DNA from: a virus
Lineage: Duplodnaviria > Caudoviricetes
Strand: one strand, 5' to 3'
IMG/VR virus record: IMGVR_UViG_3300030010_000014
Location: 1-29,441 of that record
DNA length: 29,441 nt
In this document: positions 1 through 8,037 of the stretch, piece by piece
How positions within the stretch are numbered: the first letter of the stretch is position 1
Layout of the letters: each line of letters begins with the position of its first letter
Translations under genes and position numbers: made by a program
The notes under the pieces: generated by a model
Databases searched by the model: none
The model's input: the letters and a program-made list of their open reading frames with translations, nothing else
Told to the model about the DNA's origin: nothing

Positions 1-347
1 GCGTGGGCGAACACGAAGTCCACCTGCGCCTTGATCAGCGCCGGAAGCTCGACCTTGACGCCGATCTTGATGACCCGGGCTGCGACTTTCGAGTCGTCGC
101 CGTCAGGACCGACGGTCTCCTCGAGGTCGACCTCGTGGTAGATCGATCGGGTGGGCGGGTAGTAGCGGAGCACGTCGATCGGCTGGGTGACCGCGTGGAA
201 GCCCGAGTGGCACAGGCTCACCGGTCCGTCGTGCTCGTAGGTCTGGCCCTCGGCGAACTGGAAGCCGCGGCAGGTCAGGTCCGGGTTGAAGCCCTTGATG
301 GCGTGGACGGTGGTTGCGGCCGGCTCGGCGGCCTTCTTGGTGGTCAT
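1..347 (-). CDS. Conserved phage protein (DUF7666-like), runs off window edge
   Basis: Not in ORF track. Manual translation from ATG 347: MTTKKAAEPAATTVHAIKGFNPDLTCRGFQFAEGQTYEHDGPVSLCHSGFHAVTQPIDVLRYYPP...; KGF..DL.CRGFQ and C.SGFHA...P.DV..YY motifs recalled from this family. Confidence 0.75.
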   Translation of the reverse strand, partial: MTTKKAAEPAATTVHAIKGFNPDLTCRGFQFAEGQTYEHDGPVSLCHSGFHAVTQPIDVLRYYPPTRSIYHEVDLEETVGPDGDDSKVAARVIKIGVKVELPALIKAQVDFVFAH

Positions 348-359
348 GGCACAGGCCTT

Positions 360-494
360 TCAGTCGCAGGGTCGGGTCAGGTGGGACGTAGCCATCACGA
401 GGAGGTAGAGGCGCGGGTCGTCGTAGCCCGCCAGGTTTCCGATCTGCACGGTCTCCTCGTGTCCGAGCGCAGCGCACCGGATCTCCGTGCTCAT
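360..494 (-). CDS. Small hypothetical protein (44 aa)
   Basis: MSTEIRCAALGHEETVQIGNLAGYDDPRLYLLVMATSHLTRPCD; ATGA overlap with stop of 491..766. Confidence 0.55.
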   Translation of the reverse strand: MSTEIRCAALGHEETVQIGNLAGYDDPRLYLLVMATSHLTRPCD

Positions 495-766
495 GCCGGC
501 ACCCCCCACACGGACTCACGCCACCGCGTCAAGACCAGCCGCACCGAATCCACCGCCACCACAGCCGTCACGGCGTCACCGCAGAACTGCTCCAACGCCC
601 GCTCCAGCTGGTCACGCTCGGACTCGGCGTCGCGACGCTTCTCCGCCTCGGCCTTCACCTCGCTTCGAGCCGTGTCGAGGTCGTCGCGCAGGTCCGCCAT
701 CTGCCGGGCCCACGTGTTCCGCTCACGACCCAGGGCCTCGAAGGCCGCACGCTCCTCGTCGGTCAT
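491..766 (-). CDS. Hypothetical coiled-coil protein (91 aa)
   Basis: Charged heptad-like sequence; ATGA-coupled at both ends. Confidence 0.75.
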   Translation of the reverse strand: MTDEERAAFEALGRERNTWARQMADLRDDLDTARSEVKAEAEKRRDAESERDQLERALEQFCGDAVTAVVAVDSVRLVLTRWRESVWGVPA

Positions 767-840
767 GGGGTCACCGCGGCGACCCGGCCGCCAGCGACCG
801 CCTCATCCAGCTGCGTCCGCACCATCACGTCCTGCGTCAT
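763..840 (-). CDS. Very small hypothetical protein (25 aa)
   Basis: MTQDVMVRTQLDEAVAGGRVAAVTP; purine-rich RBS upstream; ATGA overlap with next gene; first ORF after operator/promoter at 873-897. Confidence 0.5.
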   Translation of the reverse strand: MTQDVMVRTQLDEAVAGGRVAAVTP

Positions 841-872
841 GTCCCCAACCCCTTCTCGATCCCAGTCCAACC

Positions 873-897
873 AGTGTAACGCGGAAGCGTGTTACAC
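873..897 (-). promoter_or_regulatory. Operator palindrome overlapping a leftward promoter (-10 TACACT)
   Basis: TGTAACGCG-GAAG-CGTGTTACA (875-896), one mismatch from the copy at 6561-6582; minus-strand TACACT at 878-873. Confidence 0.75.
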
Positions 898-902
898 AAC
901 AG

Positions 903-1103
903 TCACGGAAGCGACTTCGGCGTGCCGTCCCGACACGTCTTCGAGTTCGCGCCCGTCGCGTCGTTCGTCGCCCCACACACAGGGCACACCCACCAGTGAC
1001 ACGTCGGCGACGCACAGTGCCTACGCACCAGCGGCATGACCGCACGAGGCCGGTTGCACGCCGTGCACAGGGAACCCGCCCTCGGGTCGTTCGGTCGCTT
1101 CAT
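903..1103 (-). CDS. Small Cys-rich putative zinc-binding protein
   Basis: CxxC...CxxxxC...CxxC in 66 aa; ATGA overlap with HNH stop. Confidence 0.65.
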   Translation of the reverse strand: MKRPNDPRAGSLCTACNRPRAVMPLVRRHCASPTCHWWVCPVCGATNDATGANSKTCRDGTPKSLP

Positions 1104-1615
1104 GCTGTCCTCCTGACATCGCCGGCCATCACTGCGAACAGGTCGGACGCCGCCACCGAGAGACGCTGCACGCCGTCCACGTCGTCATCCGGGATGCCAC
1201 TGGACCGCAGCTCGTCGGCCAGCCACTGACCAGCCAGCAGCCACCGCTCCGCGGTCGTGCACGCCCGGTACCCAGCGGGCGTGATCCACACCCACCCCTG
1301 GCTGTGATGCAGCACCGGCACGTCAGCCGGGTCACGCCACTGCGGCACCAGCCACCCATGAGTGCGCGCCTCAGCCCGGTGCGTCTCCACCCAGCCGTGG
1401 CACAACGTCGTCGCCGAGCCGCACAAGATGACCGCGTTGACGGGGGAGGCCGTGACAGGGTCCTTCGACCCGCCCATCCCACGCGGCCGCCGATGCTGCA
1501 CAGACCAGCCGCGTCCACGGTCCTCGACCCGCACGGGCCGGCCGCAGCGCGCGCACCGGTTGTCGTCGCGCGCGAGGATGAGCCGCACCGTGGCCGGCGT
1601 GAACGCCCCGCTCAC
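1100..1615 (-). CDS. HNH endonuclease
   Basis: RD..RCARCG...HRRPRGMGG...NAVILC...CHGWVE pattern typical of actinophage HNH proteins. Confidence 0.88.
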   Translation of the reverse strand: MSGAFTPATVRLILARDDNRCARCGRPVRVEDRGRGWSVQHRRPRGMGGSKDPVTASPVNAVILCGSATTLCHGWVETHRAEARTHGWLVPQWRDPADVPVLHHSQGWVWITPAGYRACTTAERWLLAGQWLADELRSSGIPDDDVDGVQRLSVAASDLFAVMAGDVRRTA

Positions 1616-1986
1616 GCCGAGCCTCCATAGCCGCCGGCCTGCAGAAGATCAGCAGCCCGCTCCGTAGCGATCAGGGACCGGCCGTAGCCGATCCGCTCCC
1701 GAAGCGCCCAGATCGACTTCTGCGCAGCGTCGACCATCGCGTCCGCGATCAGCGACTGACGCCACAGCGTCTCGAGCGCCGGATCAGCGGCGGCGATCGT
1801 CTCAGCCTCCGCGATGGACTTCGAACCCTCCGCGCGGGCCCGCAGGATCCGCCGGGCCCGCGCCGACTTGTAGTCGACCTCCGCGTTCGCACGCGCCTGC
1901 GCGAGCTGGTCGTACTCGCGGGTCTTCATCTCCAGATCGCGGCACAGGGACGCGACCTGAGTGCCCGTCGATGGGCCGGCGGTCAC
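1612..1986 (-). CDS. Hypothetical helical protein (124 aa)
   Basis: Normal codon use; GTGA overlaps at both ends. Confidence 0.75.
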   Translation of the reverse strand: MTAGPSTGTQVASLCRDLEMKTREYDQLAQARANAEVDYKSARARRILRARAEGSKSIAEAETIAAADPALETLWRQSLIADAMVDAAQKSIWALRERIGYGRSLIATERAADLLQAGGYGGSA

Positions 1987-2117
1987 TGGTCCAGCCGCCG
2001 CTCATGCCACTCGGTGTCGGCGGCCTCCATCGCGGCCTCCCACGCCGGGTCCGCGACGGCGGCAGCCTCACGGTCGTGGCGCTCAACGGCCAGGACGTCA
2101 CGGAAGGTGTCACTCAT
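1983..2117 (-). CDS. Small acidic hypothetical protein (44 aa)
   Basis: MSDTFRDVLAVERHDREAAAVADPAWEAAMEAADTEWHERRLDQ; ATGA and GTGA coupling at its two ends. Confidence 0.6.
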   Translation of the reverse strand: MSDTFRDVLAVERHDREAAAVADPAWEAAMEAADTEWHERRLDQ

Positions 2118-2587
2118 TGGTCAGCCCTCCTGAGCGCGCGGCGTTGATCTATGATCGAACTGCGGGTCCGCCCCAGGATCAGCGCGATTTCTACCAGTGT
2201 GAGATCGGAACGCGCAGCTATTTCGCGCTCAGATGGCGTCCATCGAGCCCGTGCTCGGTAAGCATTGGCCCGGGTGTAGGCGGCGAGGTCCGCATTCCGA
2301 GTCCGGCGAGCGGACGCAACCTCAGGTCTCTGATCCCGTGCGGCAGCGGCGGCGAGGAACGCCGCACGGTTCCGCTCTCGGTAGGTACGTTGCGCGAGCC
2401 TCTCTCGTTCGGGGTCCTCAGCCCGCCTCTTGGCGGCGCTCTTGCGCTTCAACTCGCGCGCCTGCGTCGGGTGTGCTAACTTCCACTCCCTGACGCGCGC
2501 GCGGGCGCGCTCTAGTTGCTCTGCGCGCCTTTCAGGACTCATCCGCGCGCGGTATCGACGGTTTCTCTCAGCGCTAGAAAGTGCCAT
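2114..2587 (-). CDS. Arg-rich protein with C-terminal Myb/HTH-like motif (putative DNA-binding)
   Basis: Start ATG 2587 (MALSSAERNRRY); C-terminus RWTPSE...LTLVEIALILGRTRSSI..QR. Confidence 0.65.
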   Translation of the reverse strand: MALSSAERNRRYRARMSPERRAEQLERARARVREWKLAHPTQARELKRKSAAKRRAEDPERERLAQRTYRERNRAAFLAAAAARDQRPEVASARRTRNADLAAYTRANAYRARARWTPSEREIAARSDLTLVEIALILGRTRSSIIDQRRALRRADQ

Positions 2588-3179
2588 CGACCCGCTCCAA
2601 CCGGCCAAACCAGGCGCGGATTGCCTTCGCGCCCTCGGTGGTCAGGTCAAGACCGCGACCCTCAGCCACGGCCCGAAAGTGCACGTACTCGTCCTCGGTC
2701 AGCTCGACGTGCACGAATCGCGGCGCGCTCGGGGACTCCCGTGTGTGCTCACGGACGATGGTCGGCCCATCGGCGCGAGGGGCAACCCTCGTCGGCTCGG
2801 GATCGAGAGACAAAGGACGAGGCCGTGGGGCCACGGTCGTCACGAACCGTGGCGGCACACCGTTGTCGATCTGGCGGGCGATAAGCACGGCCCGCTCCGG
2901 TCCCACACCAGATCCAGCACCCAGCACAGTGACCATGTCCGTCGGCGCCATGCCCTCGGCGCGCATCGCCGCGACGGCCCACCCCTGCGCCTCGGCGGTC
3001 AGCAGCCGGGTTCCGCGCATCCGGTCCTGCCACGCCTCGGAGAACGACGCGTAACCCAGCGGCTCCCACGCCCTCGTCTCCACAATGCGGCGGAGCGCCC
3101 GCTCGAAGTTCCCCAAGGTCGTTCGGAGGTCGATCCAGAGAGCATCCGCTTCGCTCACGGTGATCAAGTCCGCGGACAT
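2574..3179 (-). CDS. Putative phage DNA-binding protein (201 aa)
   Basis: Start ATG 3179 (TGATG overlap); RAWEPLGYASFSEAW motif seen in actinophage early proteins; C-terminal ribbon-helix-helix-like segment. Confidence 0.65.
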   Translation of the reverse strand: MSADLITVSEADALWIDLRTTLGNFERALRRIVETRAWEPLGYASFSEAWQDRMRGTRLLTAEAQGWAVAAMRAEGMAPTDMVTVLGAGSGVGPERAVLIARQIDNGVPPRFVTTVAPRPRPLSLDPEPTRVAPRADGPTIVREHTRESPSAPRFVHVELTEDEYVHFRAVAEGRGLDLTTEGAKAIRAWFGRLERVDGTF

Positions 3180-3598
3180 CAGGCAGCACCGCCCGACTCG
3201 AACTCGACCCGGCTCACGGGCCGCCAACCCGGGAGGACGCCGCCGCAGGCCGTTCCCGGCTTGGGCATGGCGGCGGCGTGCCGACCGGACAGGACGTTGC
3301 GGACCCGCGGGCCCATGGCGGCCCGGCCGGGCGCCCGATGGCTTGGCACCGGCATGTCCACCCGGAACTCGATCACCACGCCCGGCAGCGGGTACGCCAC
3401 GTACGCGGTCGGGGTGACATAGGCGGGCTTCTTGCCACCGAACGCGAGGGCCGCGGTGTGCGCGTGCGGTGCCGTCCGGTACGTCGCCGTCAACGTCAGG
3501 ACGTTGAGGAGGTCGACGGAGCGGGTGACCACGCGCGGCTCGGTCGCTTCCAGGCGGAGCTCGACCTCCTCCATCGGGGTCAGGAGACGCGTGACCAT
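3179..3598 (-). CDS. Hypothetical protein (139 aa)
   Basis: TGATG coupling at both ends within the early operon. Confidence 0.65.
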   Translation of the reverse strand: MVTRLLTPMEEVELRLEATEPRVVTRSVDLLNVLTLTATYRTAPHAHTAALAFGGKKPAYVTPTAYVAYPLPGVVIEFRVDMPVPSHRAPGRAAMGPRVRNVLSGRHAAAMPKPGTACGGVLPGWRPVSRVEFESGGAA

Positions 3599-3873
3599 CA
3601 GGGCTCCCGGCGGTAGGTGACGAGCGCCGATGGCGGCGTCGGGATGTGGTGGGCGCGCCCGTAGGCGCGACGCTCCGCGCGGCCCATGTACTCGATGCGG
3701 GGCTTGACCGGCTGCCCGATGCTGTCGAGCTTGCCGTCGGCGAGCGGGTCAGCGTGCCGCACCAGGGTCTCGGTGGTGCGGTGGGGGATCTGCGCGAGCC
3801 AGGCCGTGACACCGTGGGCTGGGCGACCCGACGGGCTCTGCGTGCGCCGCCGGCGGATGCTGATGGGGGTCAT
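3598..3873 (-). CDS. Hypothetical basic protein (91 aa)
   Basis: RBS GAAGGAG upstream of ATG; coupled to downstream gene. Confidence 0.65.
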   Translation of the reverse strand: MTPISIRRRRTQSPSGRPAHGVTAWLAQIPHRTTETLVRHADPLADGKLDSIGQPVKPRIEYMGRAERRAYGRAHHIPTPPSALVTYRREP

Positions 3874-3912
3874 CGTGATGCTCCTTCGATAGGGGGGGAG
3901 AGGTGCGGAGGC

Positions 3913-4818
3913 TCAGTCCTCGACGACCTCCGCGTCCACGACATCGCCGGAGTCGCCGTGCTGCTGGGGCTGCGCGACAGCAGCCGCACGGTCAGTGATC
4001 GCCGCCTGCACACGCGTGCGCTCCGGGCCCTTCGGGATCGACGCGACGGCCTCCGTGTAGAGCGCACGCAGCGCATCGGCATCCGTGAGAGCAGCCACCT
4101 CGGCAAGCCAGTCGCGGCCCGGTGAGGCGGCCGGGACGACCTGAGGCGCAGCCACCGGCGCCGGCGCCTCGACGTCGACCTGGGACATCTCCTCAGCCGT
4201 GTAGAGGCCCGACAGATCCATGGGGAACGCCTTGCGCAGCGCCAACGCCTCCGCGCACTTCGCGATCATCACCGCAGGCTTCGACGCCCACAGCCCCGTC
4301 AGGACCTGCCCACGGGACTCCCTGTCCCACCGAGTCGACGCGTACTCCCGGAACAACGCGACCGCGTACAGCGGCTGCGCGAAGCCCCTCCGCAGCACAC
4401 CGACGCGGGCCGCGGTCGGCGGTTCCGCCTCCAACCAGACGTCCCGCCACGCCCCGTCCGGGCCGCACCACTCGGGGCCGACCTGACCGGTGTACTCCCC
4501 GGACCGCTGCGCGACGATCCGCAGTCCGTCGATCGACGCCTGGATCGTCCACTTCGTCGTTCCCGTCGACCTGTCGTTGCGGCCGATCATGTAGATCTGC
4601 CGCGCGAACGGGTCCAGGCCGGTGCGCTGCGCGAAGTTCAGGAACACCAGCTGGTCACCCGGAGGGGCCGCGCCGACGCCGATCTGTGCGAGCGCGGCCA
4701 CCTGTGCCGCCGTCCACTCCGCCTGCCCCGGCACGACGGCCAGCGCCGACGAGGCGGGATGCTGGATCACCTGCGCGCCCTCGTCCAGACGCGTCACCGC
4801 TGCTGCCCGTGCGTTCAC
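3913..4818 (-). CDS. bet: Phage single-strand annealing recombinase (Bet/RecT family)
   Basis: RTGLDPFARQIY...IQASIDGLRIVAQRSGEY...W.SKPAVMIAKCAEALALRKAFP; GTG start overlaps YqaJ stop. Confidence 0.93.
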   Translation of the reverse strand: MNARAAAVTRLDEGAQVIQHPASSALAVVPGQAEWTAAQVAALAQIGVGAAPPGDQLVFLNFAQRTGLDPFARQIYMIGRNDRSTGTTKWTIQASIDGLRIVAQRSGEYTGQVGPEWCGPDGAWRDVWLEAEPPTAARVGVLRRGFAQPLYAVALFREYASTRWDRESRGQVLTGLWASKPAVMIAKCAEALALRKAFPMDLSGLYTAEEMSQVDVEAPAPVAAPQVVPAASPGRDWLAEVAALTDADALRALYTEAVASIPKGPERTRVQAAITDRAAAVAQPQQHGDSGDVVDAEVVED

Positions 4819-5831
4819 GCCACCTTCTCCTTCGACTCGACCGGAGCGAACCGGCGCGTGGGAGACCCCTGCACCGTGAGCTCCGCCTCCACCTCGACCC
4901 GCGGGCGGCCCGTCAGCTCCGCGAGCCGACCCACCGCCGCGGCCTTGTCGAACTGCCGCCGGCCCGCGACCTGCTGCCACCGGAGCACCGGACGCCCGTG
5001 CACGGTCAGGAACTCCCGTTCCCCGATCCGCGCCTTCAGTCGCGTCTCGATCGCCTCCCGCTCGGCCGCGTACTGCACACCGAGGTCCCGGATCTCCGCG
5101 AGGCGGTCAAGGTCATCGAGCACCATGTCCGGGATCGGCAGGTCGTAGACCTCCGCCGCGGACTCGGGCGTGACCGTGGGGAACCGGGCCGCGACCTCGT
5201 CAGCGGTCACCGACGCGTAGTCCACCGGCGGGGGAGTGCGGGACTCCACCAGCGCCCAGAACTCGTCCGCCGCTGCCACCAGGTGCGCGATCACGGCCTC
5301 ATCGGCGGGGAACGGGCCCAGCACGCGCGTCTGCTTGCCGACCTTCGCGGCGAACCATCCGTGCGTGCGGCCCGTCACGTGGCACGCCCACATCAGCTGC
5401 ACGTACGCGTGGTCGGTGATGTCGCCCCGCAGGACCGTCTTGCCTGCGTCGGACAGCGACTCGTGGTCCTTGACCTCGAGCACGCCGCCGTCGGCGGTGA
5501 ACCGGTCCGGGTTGACCATGTGGTGCGGGTGCACCCGGTGGGCGTAGGTGCCGGCGCGGCGCGTAGCGATCCCCGTGATGGCCTCGAAGCGTTCCGTGGT
5601 CAGGGCCTCGGTCTGCTGGCCCCACCACTGCGCCTCCGACGGCTCCTCCACGATCCGCGGGTCGGTCTTGTCCTGCCACACCCCGAACGCGTTGCCGTAC
5701 TTGTTGTGGCCCAGGATCGTGGCGATGTCCGACCCGCCGATCCCCCGGGTGCGGACCCGGAGCCACTCGGCCCGGTCCGCTCCGACGGGCAGGACCAGGC
5801 GGCCGGCGGGCGCCGACCAGGGGCCGCTCAC
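4815..5831 (-). CDS. YqaJ-like viral exonuclease
   Basis: EWLRVRTRGIGGSDIATILG...WG...E, NPDR....VLEVK (PD-(D/E)xK), YVQLMW; adjacent to bet; GTG start 5831. Confidence 0.92.
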   Translation of the reverse strand: MSGPWSAPAGRLVLPVGADRAEWLRVRTRGIGGSDIATILGHNKYGNAFGVWQDKTDPRIVEEPSEAQWWGQQTEALTTERFEAITGIATRRAGTYAHRVHPHHMVNPDRFTADGGVLEVKDHESLSDAGKTVLRGDITDHAYVQLMWACHVTGRTHGWFAAKVGKQTRVLGPFPADEAVIAHLVAAADEFWALVESRTPPPVDYASVTADEVAARFPTVTPESAAEVYDLPIPDMVLDDLDRLAEIRDLGVQYAAEREAIETRLKARIGEREFLTVHGRPVLRWQQVAGRRQFDKAAAVGRLAELTGRPRVEVEAELTVQGSPTRRFAPVESKEKVA

Positions 5832-5995
5832 CGCAGGCCTCCACGGGTGCCCTGGGTCGCGTCCACGAGGGCGCGCAGGTCGTCGTAGTCGACGTCGTCG
5901 CTGCGGCACTCACGCACCACCGCTGACGCAGCCGCGTCGAGCAGCCCCGCGTCCTCCTCGCCGCTGCTGCGGCGCTTCCTCCACCCGAACATCAC
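5828..5995 (-). CDS. Small hypothetical protein (about 55 aa)
   Basis: RBS GAGGGAG then GTG/ATG (MFGWRKRRSS...); GTGA overlap with yqaJ. Confidence 0.6.
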   Translation of the reverse strand: MMFGWRKRRSSGEEDAGLLDAAASAVVRECRSDDVDYDDLRALVDATQGTRGGLR

Positions 5996-6031
5996 GTGCG
6001 CTCCCTCATCTCGGTACGGCTTTTGCTGAGT

Positions 6032-6061
6032 GCCCCGGTGGGCTTCGACACCCGCCGGGGC
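6032..6061. terminator. GC-rich hairpin downstream of xis (possible attenuator/terminator)
   Basis: GCCCCGGTGGG-CTTCGACA-CCCGCCGGGGC; no U-tract on the minus strand. Confidence 0.4.
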
Positions 6062-6087
6062 TCCCGGGTCAGGCCCCCGGGTGGGCC

Positions 6088-6109
6088 GGTAACGCCCGGT
6101 CGCGTTACA
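6088..6109. promoter_or_regulatory. Degenerate third copy of operator palindrome
   Basis: GGTAACGCC-CGGT-CGCGTTACA, same 9-4-9 geometry, just past the xis stop. Confidence 0.6.
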
Positions 6110-6111
6110 CG

Positions 6112-6306
6112 TCATGCCGTCTGCTGCTGGCGCTTCAGACGTGCGATGTACTCCTCGATGTCGGCGGGGTCGTACCGGTACGCGCACGTCCGACCCGACC
6201 CGGTCTTCATGGCCGGGATCTCCTTGCGGCGCGTCTTCGTGCGCACCGTCTCGGGGTTCAGCCGGAGCCTGTCGGCCACGTCCCAGACCGTCATGAGCGC
6301 CTTCAC
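6112..6306 (-). CDS. xis: Excisionase / HTH_17 DNA-binding protein
   Basis: LMTVWDVADRLRLNPETVR....EIPAMKTG...YRY, MerR-like Xis pattern; second gene of early operon. Confidence 0.8.
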   Translation of the reverse strand: MKALMTVWDVADRLRLNPETVRTKTRRKEIPAMKTGSGRTCAYRYDPADIEEYIARLKRQQQTA

Positions 6307-6551
6307 GCCGCCTCCTTCGTCAGGACCGACACCGGCACCCGCAGCGCCTTCGCCAGGCGAGCGGTGATCTCCGGCGACGGCTCACGGCGCCCGTTCTCCA
6401 GGTCACACAGGTACCCGAGCGACATCCCCGGCGGCCTCTTCTGTCCGGGCGCCGGCGGGACGACCCGCGCGAGCGAGGTCAGCGAGTGCCCGTCCTTCTC
6501 CCGGATCACCCGCAGCTCCCACCAGACGACCGGCTGCTTCGGCTGCTTCAT
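6303..6551 (-). CDS. cro: Cro-like XRE HTH regulator
   Basis: ELRVIREKDGHSLTSLAR...MSLGYLCDLENGRREPS...LAKALRVPV; divergent from repressor; ATG 6551. Confidence 0.85.
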   Translation of the reverse strand: MKQPKQPVVWWELRVIREKDGHSLTSLARVVPPAPGQKRPPGMSLGYLCDLENGRREPSPEITARLAKALRVPVSVLTKEAA

Positions 6552-6558
6552 GGATCTG

Positions 6559-6587
6559 ACTGTAACGCGGAAGCGCGTTACACGCAA
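6559..6587 (-). promoter_or_regulatory. Early lytic promoter with operator between -35 and -10; leaderless cro
   Basis: Minus strand TTGCGT-17 bp-TACAGT-7 nt-ATG; perfect palindrome TGTAACGCG-GAAG-CGCGTTACA at 6561-6582. Confidence 0.8.
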
Positions 6588-6733
6588 CAGCGAATCTCAG
6601 CGAAGTCCCCCGGCCGGACGAGTCGGACGCGCGTCCACGTCACTGACCTGCGATGTTCGACAACTACAGCCGTGTGATTGCGAAAGGTCGAGCCTGCACG
6701 CGGACTAGCGTTCGCAGCCCTACGCTGGGCAGG

Positions 6734-7360
6734 GTGGGCGACATGACGAGACCGAATCCGCCACCAGTGGTCCGGGCCATCGAAGCCCGGCGAGACCTCC
6801 TCGGCATCACGATCGCCGAGGCAGCCCGCCGAGCCGGCATCGGCCCCGACCAATGGCGCCTCTACACCCGCGGTTGGCGTGAGACCCGCGGCCAGATCAC
6901 CCCGACCCGCTACAAGACCGACACGATCGCGTGGATGGCGTTCGCCGCCCAGATGAAGCCCACCGAGATCACCGGTGGGCGGCTGGAGGAGGAAGTCGCC
7001 GCACGGCTCGAGGTGCTACGCGGTCAGGGCCTGGCGGCCGTCTCCGACTCGACCCTGGTCGACGAGCTGCGGCAGCGCCTCGAAGGGAGGACGAGCTCAA
7101 CGACCTCCGGGATGTCGATGGCGCAGTCGGCGGTCCTCGCGTTGCTGATGGACGCGCCGGACACGACCACCGTGGGGGACGTGAAGACCAACGCGCGAGT
7201 GATCACCGGAGACTCCGACGACCCGCTGCTGCAGCCGAAGCCCCGACGCCGGCAGGACCAGTCGACGCTGAGGCTGGCTGCTCGATCTGGTGAACCCCGC
7301 CCGGGCCCGAAGCAGCCAGGGGAGGAGTCCCAGGACGACGGGGGCTTCGACCCGGCCTGA
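6734..7360 (+). CDS. Immunity repressor (XRE HTH)
   Basis: IEARRDLLGITIAEAARRAGIGPDQWRLYTRG HTH; divergent from cro; followed by ImmA. Start GTG 6734 (7 nt after TACGCT) or ATG 6743. Confidence 0.85.
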   Translation: MGDMTRPNPPPVVRAIEARRDLLGITIAEAARRAGIGPDQWRLYTRGWRETRGQITPTRYKTDTIAWMAFAAQMKPTEITGGRLEEEVAARLEVLRGQGLAAVSDSTLVDELRQRLEGRTSSTTSGMSMAQSAVLALLMDAPDTTTVGDVKTNARVITGDSDDPLLQPKPRRRQDQSTLRLAARSGEPRPGPKQPGEESQDDGGFDPA

Positions 7361-7390
7361 GTGTCCGAGGCGGCCGCTACCGTCCTGGCC

Positions 7391-7828
7391 ATGACACAGC
7401 AGGGGGCGCAGGGGTCGGTCTTCCATCCGTGGCATCGACTGAGGTCGCTGTCGAACATCGACTTGTCGTGGCGGCGCACACCCGGCCGGCTGGGGGAGAC
7501 CGACGGGGCGCAGGTGATCCGCCTGCACCCCGACCAGCTGCAGGTGCAGCGCCGCTGCACCCTCGCGCACGAACTGGCGCACGTGGAGCTCGGGCACACC
7601 GATGGCGCGTCGCCGGCGCAGGAGCGGGCGGCACGGATGCTGGCGGCCCGGTGGCTCGTTGACCTGGACCAGCTCCTGGCGGCGCTGCGGTGGGCTGACG
7701 ACCTGGCGACCGTTGCGGACGAGTGCTGGGTTGACGAGGAGACGCTCATGGCGCGTCTTGACGGACTGACCGATGGGGAGCGGGCACAGATCGCTGCGCT
7801 GCACGCGGAGGTGGAGTGGGGATGCTGA
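7391..7828 (+). CDS. immA: ImmA/IrrE-family metallopeptidase (anti-repressor)
   Basis: RRCTLAHELAHVELGH (HExxH)...QERAARMLAARWL; follows repressor. ATG 7391 lies 7 nt after TACCGT; GTG 7361 is an alternative start. Confidence 0.9.
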   Translation: MTQQGAQGSVFHPWHRLRSLSNIDLSWRRTPGRLGETDGAQVIRLHPDQLQVQRRCTLAHELAHVELGHTDGASPAQERAARMLAARWLVDLDQLLAALRWADDLATVADECWVDEETLMARLDGLTDGERAQIAALHAEVEWGC

Positions 7829-8037
7829 CCGACGCCGAGAGGGCGGTCCTGGGTGTGGAGCGGCGCCTGTGGGTGCACCAGGGGGCGAAGGTCGGGGCGA
7901 TCCGCGCGGAGACGGGTCTGTCGCCGACCCGCTACTACCAGATGCTGAACGCGCTGCTCGACCGAGCGGACGCGTTGGAGTACGACCCGGTGACGGTCAA
8001 CCGACTGCGCCGGATCCGAGGGAGGGGCACACGATGA
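7822..8037 (+). CDS. DUF3263 domain protein
   Basis: LTDAERAVL..ERRLW...GAK..AIR...GLSPTRYYQMLNALLD...ALEYDPVTVNRLRRIR matches recalled family consensus. Confidence 0.85.
   Translation: MLTDAERAVLGVERRLWVHQGAKVGAIRAETGLSPTRYYQMLNALLDRADALEYDPVTVNRLRRIRGRGTR

Noticed and set aside
3-1229. Long plus-strand ORF (also 4122..5888, 12802..14580, 24804..26303 and similar)
   Set aside because: Antisense shadows of real minus-strand genes, expected in high-GC DNA.
2092-2113. Sixth late promoter motif copy (GTGACA-N10-CGTCCT)
   Set aside because: Inside an early CDS, lacks the conserved A of the -10 box, and has no fitting downstream start.
6303-6320. C-terminal AA degrons on Cro (KEAA) and ORF 3179..3598 (GGAA)
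   Set aside because: Plausibly by-products of the overlapping RBS/start of the next gene.
6645-6660. LexA box in the cro-repressor intergenic region (also half-site at 7451)
   Set aside because: Only one half-site matches.
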